A stretch of 32,000 nucleotides of DNA from Candidatus Iainarchaeum sp. (GCA_030688545.1 JAUYHT010000008.1:1-32000); one strand, 5' to 3'; shown: positions 16,444 to 24,377, counted from the first letter of the stretch. Program-made: numbers and translations. The notes: generated from the sequence alone by a model not told the origin.

Positions 16444-17082
16444 ATGGGGAATGTTCGTCGGGTGCGAAAAGTATTGAAACAAGAGGGGGCGTCTAACTCG
16501 TTGCGTTTTAGGGCCGTGCGTCCTCCGGTTTGGCGTCGGGGAAGCTTGCGGTTGCAGCTTAATCATCACAAGGAGTTGCAGGATCTATTAACTCGTTCGA
16601 CTCAAAATGTAATTAATCACAGGGATAGCATTATTGCTGGTCATATTCCCCCCAAACGGATTAATGATATTTTTAGAAACAAGTCCGGAGGATATGATGT
16701 CACCCCTTATACCCTCAGTATGCTCGGGCTGCCTCTTGGCACCACCGCATTAGCGGGAGGTGTTGAAGTAGCTGTTAGAGAACCTAATCCAGTTGGTTTA
16801 TTTCTTGGTTCCTCTTTGAGTATGATTGGGGCACTTATTCTGAGTGGTGGATTAATAACTTTTTCAGAGACCCGAAAAGCCCGATTATTTAGTGTTTTGA
16901 AGAAAAAGATATTTATCAACAATTCCAAAGAACCTTGGACAAAAGCGAAAAGCGAGCGAAACAGAGAAGTGGTGGATGCGGCGATTAATGAGTTGTTGGC
17001 TTTGCGGGAAGAGAACATTCACCAAATGATTCAAATTCAGGACCAAATGGCACGGGCGAAGCCGCGTCCCTCTGAAAAATAG
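16444..17082 (+). CDS. Hypothetical membrane protein (2 TM segments, coiled C-terminus)
   Basis: ATG at 16444 lies ~26 nt after a TATAAATA box (16414-16421). The longer track ORF from 16276 overlaps dph2. TM segments: LSMLGLPLGTTALAGGV and GLFLGSSLSMIGALILSGGLI. The body of the gene looks lower in GC than its neighbours. Confidence 0.5.
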   Translation: MGNVRRVRKVLKQEGASNSLRFRAVRPPVWRRGSLRLQLNHHKELQDLLTRSTQNVINHRDSIIAGHIPPKRINDIFRNKSGGYDVTPYTLSMLGLPLGTTALAGGVEVAVREPNPVGLFLGSSLSMIGALILSGGLITFSETRKARLFSVLKKKIFINNSKEPWTKAKSERNREVVDAAINELLALREENIHQMIQIQDQMARAKPRPSEK

Positions 17083-17221
17083 AACCGGAAAAATCAAAAA
17101 AAATATCGGAATTCATCTGCCCGCTAAAGCAGTAAGGGTTCTCCCGGAAACGACCCTAAACATTCCAGAAACATTGCCTAAGCAGGGAAACCCTTTTTAT
17201 CCATGCATGGGTGTTCCAGGA

Positions 17222-17830
17222 ATGACCAGATCTCCCCACTCGCGGATATTGCGTTCGATGAATCGGCCCGGCGTCACGTTAAGGATCGCGGTGTTGTACC
17301 GAAAGAAAAAGACCCGGAAGGAGATCGCCGCATACCTTTTCGAAAAATACGGGAAAGAATGGGAGATCCGCACGCCAAAGGAGATGGAATGGCTGATCGC
17401 CGGCCACCTCATCCGGTTTTCCAGAAAGAATTGGGTGCGCCTGTTTGAAGGGAAGGGAAGAGATGAGATCACGAAAGCGTATGAGGGATGGAAAGCCAAG
17501 CGCATGCAGATGAAAAACCCTAATCCGCGAGAGGGGAAATCGCATCAGAAAAAGACGATTGAATCCCGTCCGCGTAAACAAAACGGGCATTTTTCCAAGT
17601 CGCGCGAACTGGTCACGCAGATAAAAAACATATTGGAAAAGAAGGATAGGCGCGCCGTGACATACATCCTCTCCCGCCTAACGAATCCGCAGAGGGAGGT
17701 CGTGGAACTCGCCATACTCCAGCGACAGGATGTTTTCGATATTGCCGTGCAATTGAATATTGAACCGAGTGTGTTGTTCCACCGACTCCGCTTGGCCCAC
17801 GCCCGGATTATCACACTGGCGGATTATTGA
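17222..17830 (+). CDS. Basic protein with C-terminal sigma-70 region-4 / LuxR-like HTH
   Basis: C-terminus LTNPQREVVELAILQRQDVFDIAVQLNIEPSVLFHRLRLAHARI resembles a region-4 HTH. The track ORF opens at a TTG at 17174, with in-frame ATGs at 17207 and 17222, so the start is uncertain. Several antisense shadow ORFs overlap. Confidence 0.45.
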   Translation: MTRSPHSRILRSMNRPGVTLRIAVLYRKKKTRKEIAAYLFEKYGKEWEIRTPKEMEWLIAGHLIRFSRKNWVRLFEGKGRDEITKAYEGWKAKRMQMKNPNPREGKSHQKKTIESRPRKQNGHFSKSRELVTQIKNILEKKDRRAVTYILSRLTNPQREVVELAILQRQDVFDIAVQLNIEPSVLFHRLRLAHARIITLADY

Positions 17831-17835
17831 TCCGC

Positions 17836-18678
17836 TTACTCTTTCCACACACCCTTCTTAGAAATGGATTTGGTGGAGGTGATGAGAGTCCCCTCGAATA
17901 CGCCATCCGCGAGGGCCTCGGGAATATGGTCCACGTGCTTGCCCCAGATGAGAAAGGTGTCAATCCGGCTGCGCGCCATCACGAGGGCGGCGAGGGGATC
18001 CAGGATGAAAGGGGCTTCCGTATCGGCCATCCCCTGAGTGGCCATTCTGGAGAATTGGGCATGGGAAAAGATTTCCTCTGGAATACGAAAATCTGAGAGG
18101 AGGATGAGTTTTCCCCCCATTCGTTCGGCGAGCATGGCCGCGCGGGCCTCGGTAGAATAGGGACCACTGCTCCCCACCATGACCGGCAAGGCATCATTTT
18201 CCAGCACGCGAAGGGTTTCCTCTAAGTCCTCGCACACGTGGGGGTGGGCTTTGGAGAGTGTGCGCAACACCAAGGAGGAATGAATCCCACTCGAGGCCCG
18301 ATTGAGATGCTCAATCTCGGAGGATGGAACCCCTAATTGGTGGGCGGTGCGCGCTGCCAATCGTGTTTGGGATGATTCCCCTACTACCAGGGCGACGCGC
18401 ATCCCTTGCAAACGTAATCTTTCAAGCGTGGCGGACAAGGAATGCAACCAGGCGAGCTGGAATTTATTCCGGCGAAAGATGAGAGACCCTGGCACACATA
18501 CGACAAGGGCATTCGCCATCGCGGGGGCATCGGGCGGGGGAAGAGACGAGGGTTGGGGAAAGGAGGGGGGAAAATCAGAAGGGATTGGCGGACTGTCTTC
18601 GGGCGCACGGGAACCGGAACCATTCTCCTGCTCGGCATCACGGAATAAGTCGAACATATCCATTGGCGACCCGCCCAA
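17836..18678 (-). CDS. Amino-acid-kinase fold protein, divergent archaeal UMP kinase (PyrH)-like, with Pro-rich N-terminal extension
   Basis: Colinear with my recollection of archaeal PyrH: ALVVCVPGSLI, VALVVGESS, LPVMVGSSGPYSTE, FILDPLAALVMARS. The Gly-rich phosphate-binding motifs are substituted. An alternative start is M54 at 18519 (MANALVV). Confidence 0.6.
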   Translation of the reverse strand: MGGSPMDMFDLFRDAEQENGSGSRAPEDSPPIPSDFPPSFPQPSSLPPPDAPAMANALVVCVPGSLIFRRNKFQLAWLHSLSATLERLRLQGMRVALVVGESSQTRLAARTAHQLGVPSSEIEHLNRASSGIHSSLVLRTLSKAHPHVCEDLEETLRVLENDALPVMVGSSGPYSTEARAAMLAERMGGKLILLSDFRIPEEIFSHAQFSRMATQGMADTEAPFILDPLAALVMARSRIDTFLIWGKHVDHIPEALADGVFEGTLITSTKSISKKGVWKE

Positions 18679-18757
18679 AAACGACAGCTGCTACACCGCC
18701 CACATGGATGGATGCGCCCTCCTATAAAAACGTGTCGAGCCCCCTCTAATCTACCCC

Positions 18758-21514
18758 ATGCCCAAGGAAACCCTATTAGAGGCCGATTCCGCCGAGCAGG
18801 CGGTCTTCAAGAAGAAGCTGAAGGAGCTGTCAAGCTACAAAGGAAGGGGGACAGAACTCATTTCGGTGTACATCCCTCCCGGCACCGACCGGGGGGCGGT
18901 GATGAATCAATTGTCCACTGAAATGGGCCAGTCGGGCAACATCAAATCCCCTCAAACCAGGAAGAACGTGCAGACGGCGCTCAAGAAGATATCCAATTTT
19001 CTCAAGCAGACGGATTTCAAACTCCCCCCCACAGGACTCGTTTTATTCTGCGGGAATGTGGCAGAAACGGAAGGGCGAACGGATATCCGCCTGTTCACCG
19101 TGAAACCGGTGAAGCCCTTGCGGACGCGCCTCTACTGGTGCGATTCCTCGTTTCATTTGGACCCATTGCAGGAGATGATGGTCCCCACGGATTTGTACGC
19201 CTTGATCGTGATGGACAAGCGCGAGGCCACTGTGGCCTTGCTGGTGGGAAAACGATATGACATCATCGGGCATTTCACGAGTCACGTGGCCGGAAAATTT
19301 AGGGCGGGTGGACAGTGTTTAGACCCGAAAACACTGGTTGTTCTAAACGATGGAAATATTGTCCCAATCTCACGCGTTGAGCTAAATCAAGGAATAAAGA
19401 ATGCAGACACGGAGACCTTCTTGGTCCAAGACGCTCCTATTATTGACAAATGGAATGTCCAAAAGAGGAAAGTCATGATTATCACTAAATCTCCACGATT
19501 TGAGATTGTTTCTTCCCCCGAGCACGTGTTTTTTACCTATGACAAAGAAAACGATTTGGTCATTGAAAAAGAAGCTGCCCTACTGGCTCCAACCGATATT
19601 CTGCTGATGCCTGAAAAAATATCAATTAAAGGAATGACCCAAAAATTGAAAACCGAAGTGGAAAATACCTACACCCTTACCCCTGAAGGGTTGAAGAAGC
19701 TCATTGCTAAACGAAATGAAAAAGGGCTTTCACAGAAAGAGTTTGGTAAAAACATCGGCATCCATCAAGCCACCATATCCTCGTTGGAACGTGGAATATT
19801 TAATCCACGATTAGCGTACTTGAAAAATTACTGCAATAAACTGGACATCCGTTTTGAAGAATTCGTAGCAAAACATACGAAGAAAAAACGCGTACTCCCT
19901 GACAGCCTAACGGAAGAAGTGGCCCAGATAGCAGGTTATTTCTTGGGCGACGGACACTATGAAGATGAACGGCTCGGATTCTCGGAACAGCGAAAAGAAG
20001 TCGCTGAATATTATGCAGAGAAATGCAGAAATCTTTTCCAGGCCCCCGTTACAATCAAATACCGAGAGAAAAAAGGGTACTATCAAGTCCGCGTAAGCGG
20101 AAAATCGGCTGTACGGTATTTCAAAGAGAACGTGTTTACCGCCAAAAATGCATTGGAGACGGAAATCCCTCCTATTATCCTGCGTTCAAAGGATTCAGTC
20201 GTAGGAGCATTCCTAAAGGGCCTATTTGACGCGGAAGGATATATCTCTTCCGAGCGCCTGGGCCTCGGAGTTAACAATCCTCTATTGGCTAAACAGGTTC
20301 AATTGACCTTGCTTCGATTTGGAATCATTAGTTCCGTCCACGAATATGATTCTAAACAGAACCCTTATTCTGATGAGCATCGTTTTACGGTCGACCTAAC
20401 TGAAAAAGAATCCCTGGTTCGATTTCTCCATCACATTGGTGGGTTCACGGCTTCAGATAAGCAAGTCAAGCTAATCGAAAAGACAACCAAAACGAGCGAA
20501 AAAAGTAATGTACGCCAGCTCTTAGCTGGAGGAAAACTCATTCGAAAACTATTTGAGCAAGAAGGACTCAATACGCAGCATTTCAAAGGGGTCACCAATT
20601 TTTTCCGAAATGAACGCGAAATGAGTAAAGAGGTTTTTCGAAGACAAATACTCAATAAAGTAACAAACCCGGTCCTCAAAGAACAGTATCAGAAAATTCT
20701 GGATCGACAACTATTGCCCGTTCATATTTCGAGCATCGAAAAAGATCAAATTGAAATTCCCATGATTGACATTTCAGTTGAAAGACCAAACTTTTTTGCC
20801 AATGGGTTGCTGGTTCACAATTCCGCTCAACGCTTTGAACGCTTGCGCGAAGAAGCCGCGCAGGATTTTTATCGGAAAGTCTCGGAGAAGGTGAACGCGG
20901 CGCTGGAAGGAAAATGGGATAAACTCCGGGGGGTTGTGGTGGGGGGGCCGGGGCAGACCAAGCACCATTTCTTGGAGAAGGGGGAATTGGATTACCGGTT
21001 GAAAGAGAAAATACTGGGGACGCTTGACTTATCCTACACGGATGAATCAGGTATACGGGAGATCATCCAGAAGAGCGATGAGCTATTGCGGCACACCGAG
21101 ATGGTACGGGAAACAAAAGAGGTAGAGCACTTTTTCCAGGAAGTGGTAAAGGATGGGCTCGTGACCTATGGTGAGAAAGAGGTGGAAGCCGCGCTCGAAG
21201 CCGGAAAGGTTTCACGGCTGCTGCTGTCTGAAGGGATTACGTGGCGCATCATCAAAGTGGTGTGCACCCATTGTGGGTGGGAAAAAATATTCACGCTCAA
21301 GGATATTCATGAAGAGTTCGACGAGAACAAGATAAAATGCGAATCCTGCGGGTCGGGGGTGGAGACGGTGGAAGAAGTGGATTATTTGGACCACTTGCTC
21401 GAGAAAGCCCACCTCATGGGGACGGAAACAATAGTGATCAGCACCGAAACCGAAGCGGGGGCGCAATTCTACACCACCTTCGGGGGAATTGGGGCGCTGT
21501 TAAGGTACAAATAA
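18758..21514 (+). CDS. prf1: Peptide chain release factor aRF1 (eRF1 family) interrupted by an intein
   Basis: NIKS codon-recognition motif (GNIKSPQTRKN). GGQ motif (FRAGGQ) is followed by a Cys...HN|S insertion. The exteins total 413 aa, a normal aRF1 size. C-terminal Cys motif CTHCG...CESCG. Confidence 0.9.
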   Translation: MPKETLLEADSAEQAVFKKKLKELSSYKGRGTELISVYIPPGTDRGAVMNQLSTEMGQSGNIKSPQTRKNVQTALKKISNFLKQTDFKLPPTGLVLFCGNVAETEGRTDIRLFTVKPVKPLRTRLYWCDSSFHLDPLQEMMVPTDLYALIVMDKREATVALLVGKRYDIIGHFTSHVAGKFRAGGQCLDPKTLVVLNDGNIVPISRVELNQGIKNADTETFLVQDAPIIDKWNVQKRKVMIITKSPRFEIVSSPEHVFFTYDKENDLVIEKEAALLAPTDILLMPEKISIKGMTQKLKTEVENTYTLTPEGLKKLIAKRNEKGLSQKEFGKNIGIHQATISSLERGIFNPRLAYLKNYCNKLDIRFEEFVAKHTKKKRVLPDSLTEEVAQIAGYFLGDGHYEDERLGFSEQRKEVAEYYAEKCRNLFQAPVTIKYREKKGYYQVRVSGKSAVRYFKENVFTAKNALETEIPPIILRSKDSVVGAFLKGLFDAEGYISSERLGLGVNNPLLAKQVQLTLLRFGIISSVHEYDSKQNPYSDEHRFTVDLTEKESLVRFLHHIGGFTASDKQVKLIEKTTKTSEKSNVRQLLAGGKLIRKLFEQEGLNTQHFKGVTNFFRNEREMSKEVFRRQILNKVTNPVLKEQYQKILDRQLLPVHISSIEKDQIEIPMIDISVERPNFFANGLLVHNSAQRFERLREEAAQDFYRKVSEKVNAALEGKWDKLRGVVVGGPGQTKHHFLEKGELDYRLKEKILGTLDLSYTDESGIREIIQKSDELLRHTEMVRETKEVEHFFQEVVKDGLVTYGEKEVEAALEAGKVSRLLLSEGITWRIIKVVCTHCGWEKIFTLKDIHEEFDENKIKCESCGSGVETVEEVDYLDHLLEKAHLMGTETIVISTETEAGAQFYTTFGGIGALLRYK
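19316..20830 (+). mobile_element. 505-aa intein with LAGLIDADG homing endonuclease and XRE-type HTH, inserted at GGQ|S of aRF1
   Basis: Block A CLDPKTLVVL; block B SSPEH; dodecapeptides IAGYFLGDGHY and LKGLFDAEGYI; block G LLVHN with +1 Ser. HTH: LSQKEFGKNIGIHQATISSLERG. GC is about 40% in a sampled line versus about 58% in flanking extein DNA. Confidence 0.85.
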
Positions 21515-21523
21515 GGTGATGGG

Positions 21524-21955
21524 ATGACAATACGACTAGCCACTCTCGCAAATTTGGAAACCATACTCCCCATCATGCGTAAATTAGATGACGAGAACAA
21601 TCATTATTCCGAAGAGAAGGCAAAGAAGGACATCGAGGATCAGCACATGTATGTTTCGGTGCACCACAAGAAAATTGTTGGAGCGATGGTTGTGGACACC
21701 TACATCGGCACATGTGAAATTGTGCGGATTGTTTCAAACCAAAAAGGAAGCGGACGAGAAATGATCGAATATGTGATAGAAAAATGCAAGAAAGAGAAAA
21801 TTCCTAAAGTATGGTGCTGGAGTTCCTCCCGGCATAACGTGGAGGGGTTTTACGAGAAAATGGGATTTGAAGAAAGATATTTGCTCCGCAAGCAGTGGCA
21901 TGGAAAGGACTGTTGGCTATTTGGAAAAGTCATTCCGCTGGGCAAAGACCATTAA
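21524..21955 (+). CDS. GNAT-family N-acetyltransferase
   Basis: Acetyl-CoA-binding-like IVRIVSNQKGSGREMIEYVIEKC and FYEKMGFEE. GGTGAT Shine-Dalgarno sequence 3 nt before the ATG. Confidence 0.75.
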   Translation: MTIRLATLANLETILPIMRKLDDENNHYSEEKAKKDIEDQHMYVSVHHKKIVGAMVVDTYIGTCEIVRIVSNQKGSGREMIEYVIEKCKKEKIPKVWCWSSSRHNVEGFYEKMGFEERYLLRKQWHGKDCWLFGKVIPLGKDH

Positions 21956-21977
21956 ACTCATTGTTATTTGATTTAGT

Positions 21978-23222
21978 ATGCCCCTCCCCTATCTCACAAA
22001 AACCCCTCCCCTGGGCGGGCAATTGAAACGCCGCATCGAGGATTTCATGGTGGAGGAGGTTTTGGAGGATGGAACAATATGCGCCATCGAGCATTTGCAT
22101 ACCATTCCTTTTCCTCGAGTTAACTTGGATATTCCTCCCAATCTGGAACCGCGGACGCATGATCAATTGCATCTCTGGATGGAAAAATTCAATATCGAAA
22201 CCACCTTCGCCATTCGTCTCCTTTCGCGGGGAACCAGCACTGGGGTCAAGCGCATCGGGTACGCGGGATTGAAGGACAAGCGGGGGATCACGTGCCAACG
22301 TATTTCTTTGTGGAAACCGGATGTGGAGAAACTAAAGCGGTTTAATGTGCGGGGGCTATCTTTCCATCATGCGAGTTGGTCGGAAAAACGCATCGAGTTG
22401 GGAGACCTGAGAGGCAACCAATTCCGCATTGGGATAAGAGACATTGCATTCTCACCTGAGGAGACTAAAGCGCGCATCGAGGCATTCCAAACCCACCTGG
22501 GAAAGGGGCTTCCTAATTATTATGGGGAGCAACGCTTCGGGGGACATAGACAAGTGACGCATGTTGTAGGGAAATTATTGCTGCAAAACAAACTGGAAGA
22601 GGCCGTCATGACATATCTGACCAAACCAACGCCGGGGGAGGAAGAGGAGATTGCCGCGGCACGGAAAACCCTTTCTGAAACACATGACTTTTCCCGCGCA
22701 TTGAAGATGTTTCCCGACAAGTTCCATTTCGAAAAAGCCATGCTGGACCATCTGCACACCAAGCCCAATGATTTCGCGGGAGCCTTCCAGAAGCTGCCGC
22801 AGAAAACGCGATACTTATTCACTCACGCCTACCAGAGCCACGTGTTCAATGCCATCATCGCGGAACGATTGACGCGAGGGCTATTTTATCCCATCGAGGG
22901 GGATGTACTTGTAGATGGGGTGCCTACGGCGATATTGCCAGGAATCAAAACCACGTTCGCTACTGGTTTAGCGGGAGAGATTGAAAATGATGTGATGACG
23001 CAGGAGGGCATCACGCCTGGTTTTTTTGCCCAAGCCAAGATGGGCGAACTCATGAGCTGGGGGATCCGCAAACCCATGATGCTGCGCGTGAATGATTTCC
23101 GATTGCTCCAGGTGGGAGAAGATGTTTGGTATCCGGGAAAAAATTTTGCCCGCGTCGCCTTCTCATTAGGAAAAGGGGCGTATGCCACCACGGTGTTACG
23201 CGAACTCATGAAAACAGAATGA
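21978..23222 (+). CDS. truD: tRNA pseudouridine synthase TruD/Pus7 family
   Basis: N-terminal GGQLKRRIEDFMVEEV and the catalytic-Asp motif GYAGLKDKRGITCQRIS are TruD hallmarks. Confidence 0.85.
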   Translation: MPLPYLTKTPPLGGQLKRRIEDFMVEEVLEDGTICAIEHLHTIPFPRVNLDIPPNLEPRTHDQLHLWMEKFNIETTFAIRLLSRGTSTGVKRIGYAGLKDKRGITCQRISLWKPDVEKLKRFNVRGLSFHHASWSEKRIELGDLRGNQFRIGIRDIAFSPEETKARIEAFQTHLGKGLPNYYGEQRFGGHRQVTHVVGKLLLQNKLEEAVMTYLTKPTPGEEEEIAAARKTLSETHDFSRALKMFPDKFHFEKAMLDHLHTKPNDFAGAFQKLPQKTRYLFTHAYQSHVFNAIIAERLTRGLFYPIEGDVLVDGVPTAILPGIKTTFATGLAGEIENDVMTQEGITPGFFAQAKMGELMSWGIRKPMMLRVNDFRLLQVGEDVWYPGKNFARVAFSLGKGAYATTVLRELMKTE

Positions 23223-23228
23223 CTTCCT

Positions 23229-23248
23229 CCCCACTCTAAAGGGTGGGG
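23229..23248. terminator. Hairpin immediately after the truD stop (ccccac-N8-gtgggg)
   Basis: 6-bp GC-rich stem starting 7 nt after the TGA, followed by an A/T-rich run. Confidence 0.35.
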
Positions 23249-23349
23249 TATCCAACAAATAAAAAACGTCACCTGCACGCGTGATCGCTCGCCAAACAAT
23301 GGGCGACGAATGTCGCCGGCCAGTTTCGGCTGACCGCTGCGATTTTGGT

Positions 23350-23370
23350 CAACCTTTTCCTAAAAGGTTG
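23350..23370. terminator. Perfect 9-bp palindromic hairpin caacctttt-cct-aaaaggttg (candidate bidirectional terminator)
   Basis: Lies between convergent genes. The stem contains a T4 run on either strand. Confidence 0.4.
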
Positions 23371-23395
23371 AGGGCGAGGAATCCACCTTTTTCCC

Positions 23396-23418
23396 CGGGC
23401 TTTTTTCTAAAAAGCCCG
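23396..23418. terminator. Perfect 10-bp palindromic hairpin cgggcttttt-tct-aaaaagcccg (candidate bidirectional terminator)
   Basis: Same design as 23350-23370: GC clamp, T-run, yCT loop, A-run. Lies between convergent genes. Confidence 0.45.
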
Positions 23419-23419
23419 A

Positions 23420-23460
23420 TTGAATATTGAATAGGTTGAACCCGTTTGAATAGGTTGAAC
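23420..23460. repeat. Tandem direct repeat ttgaataggttgaac x2 (19-nt period) preceded by a partial ttgaata
   Basis: Exact 15-mers at 23427-23441 and 23446-23460, plus ttgaata at 23420-23426. Confidence 0.7.
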
Positions 23461-23519
23461 ACGTGAAACAATGGCCAATTATTTTTTGCGGTTTGAGGGG
23501 AGGAAGGGGAAAAAAAATC

Positions 23520-24275
23520 TTAAGCAGTATTGGTGTCGGGAGGAACAGTTAATGCATTTTCATCTGGGAATTGGGTTTGGTTGGTGTCAGGGGAAACGGG
23601 AGGGGTGGTTGGATTGGGGTTGTTGGCCTGATCCAGGGCGGCATTGGACAAAGCAATGAGCTCAGGGGCATCCGGGTAAAGGATACGGAGGACCAGGAAG
23701 TTGAGCCCGGGAATGTCACGATCGTGAACCGGCTGGATGGCGATGTGATTGGGAGACAGGATAACTATGGGAGTGGCCCGCGAGGGGTCGGGGGAGAGAA
23801 TCTCAAAAACAATCCCTTCATTTGGCTGAAGAAGGCGCTGGCACTCGTCAACGGGAATGAACACGCTCTGCCGGGCGGTACCATAGTCAGTTTGGCACCC
23901 CACCCATTCTTTGCCCTGAAATACTTTGGCCGCTGTTAACGTAACCTTCCGGTGGCTCACGAGAACGACTTGCTGCTGGATCAGAGCCTGGGCCATGAAG
24001 CTGTTCTGCTCTCCCCCATCACCTGATTCTTGAAGTATGAGATGGGGGGCGAGCACGAAACTCTCCTTCCGGGACAAAAAGGTTGTTATTTCATCGATAG
24101 GGGCCTCATTGGAGGCAAATGTGATCCCCTGATGGGTTAATTGATGGGTATAGCTGGGGGCGAAAAGGCTATCCATGAACGCTCCCGGGGAGAAGGTGCC
24201 CCAGTAGATCAGCGCCGCCCCCACCACGAGAAAAGCAAAAAGGGCATAGAGGGGCAGGTGGTTCCGGGCGGCCAT
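23520..24275 (-). CDS. Hypothetical N-terminally anchored extracellular protein with P/T/N-rich tail
   Basis: N-terminal anchor LPLYALFAFLVVGAALIYW. C-terminus PNPTTPPVSPDTNQTQ. Lies downstream of the S-layer gene on the same strand. Confidence 0.55.
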   Translation of the reverse strand: MAARNHLPLYALFAFLVVGAALIYWGTFSPGAFMDSLFAPSYTHQLTHQGITFASNEAPIDEITTFLSRKESFVLAPHLILQESGDGGEQNSFMAQALIQQQVVLVSHRKVTLTAAKVFQGKEWVGCQTDYGTARQSVFIPVDECQRLLQPNEGIVFEILSPDPSRATPIVILSPNHIAIQPVHDRDIPGLNFLVLRILYPDAPELIALSNAALDQANNPNPTTPPVSPDTNQTQFPDENALTVPPDTNTA

Positions 24276-24333
24276 TCGGAAGGGGTGTCAAAAAAACCTT
24301 TTAAGGCGAGGCTTTTCCAGGCCGTTTTCGCCC

Positions 24334-24377
24334 GGCCGCCCCGAGGGACGAGGGGGATTTTCAATCCCCCGGCGGCC
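24334..24377. other. GC-rich nested hairpin (7-bp outer stem ggccgcc/ggcggcc; 8-bp inner stem gggggatt/aatccccc)
   Basis: Read directly from the sequence. Lies between the S-layer gene terminator and the promoter region of the next minus-strand gene. Confidence 0.5.

Noticed and set aside
24334-24377. tRNA gene or pseudogene
   Set aside because: Only acceptor-like and T-arm-like helices can be drawn. The apparent T-loop is 3-5 nt without the TTCRANY pattern, and there is no D arm or anticodon arm. It is kept as an unexplained hairpin.
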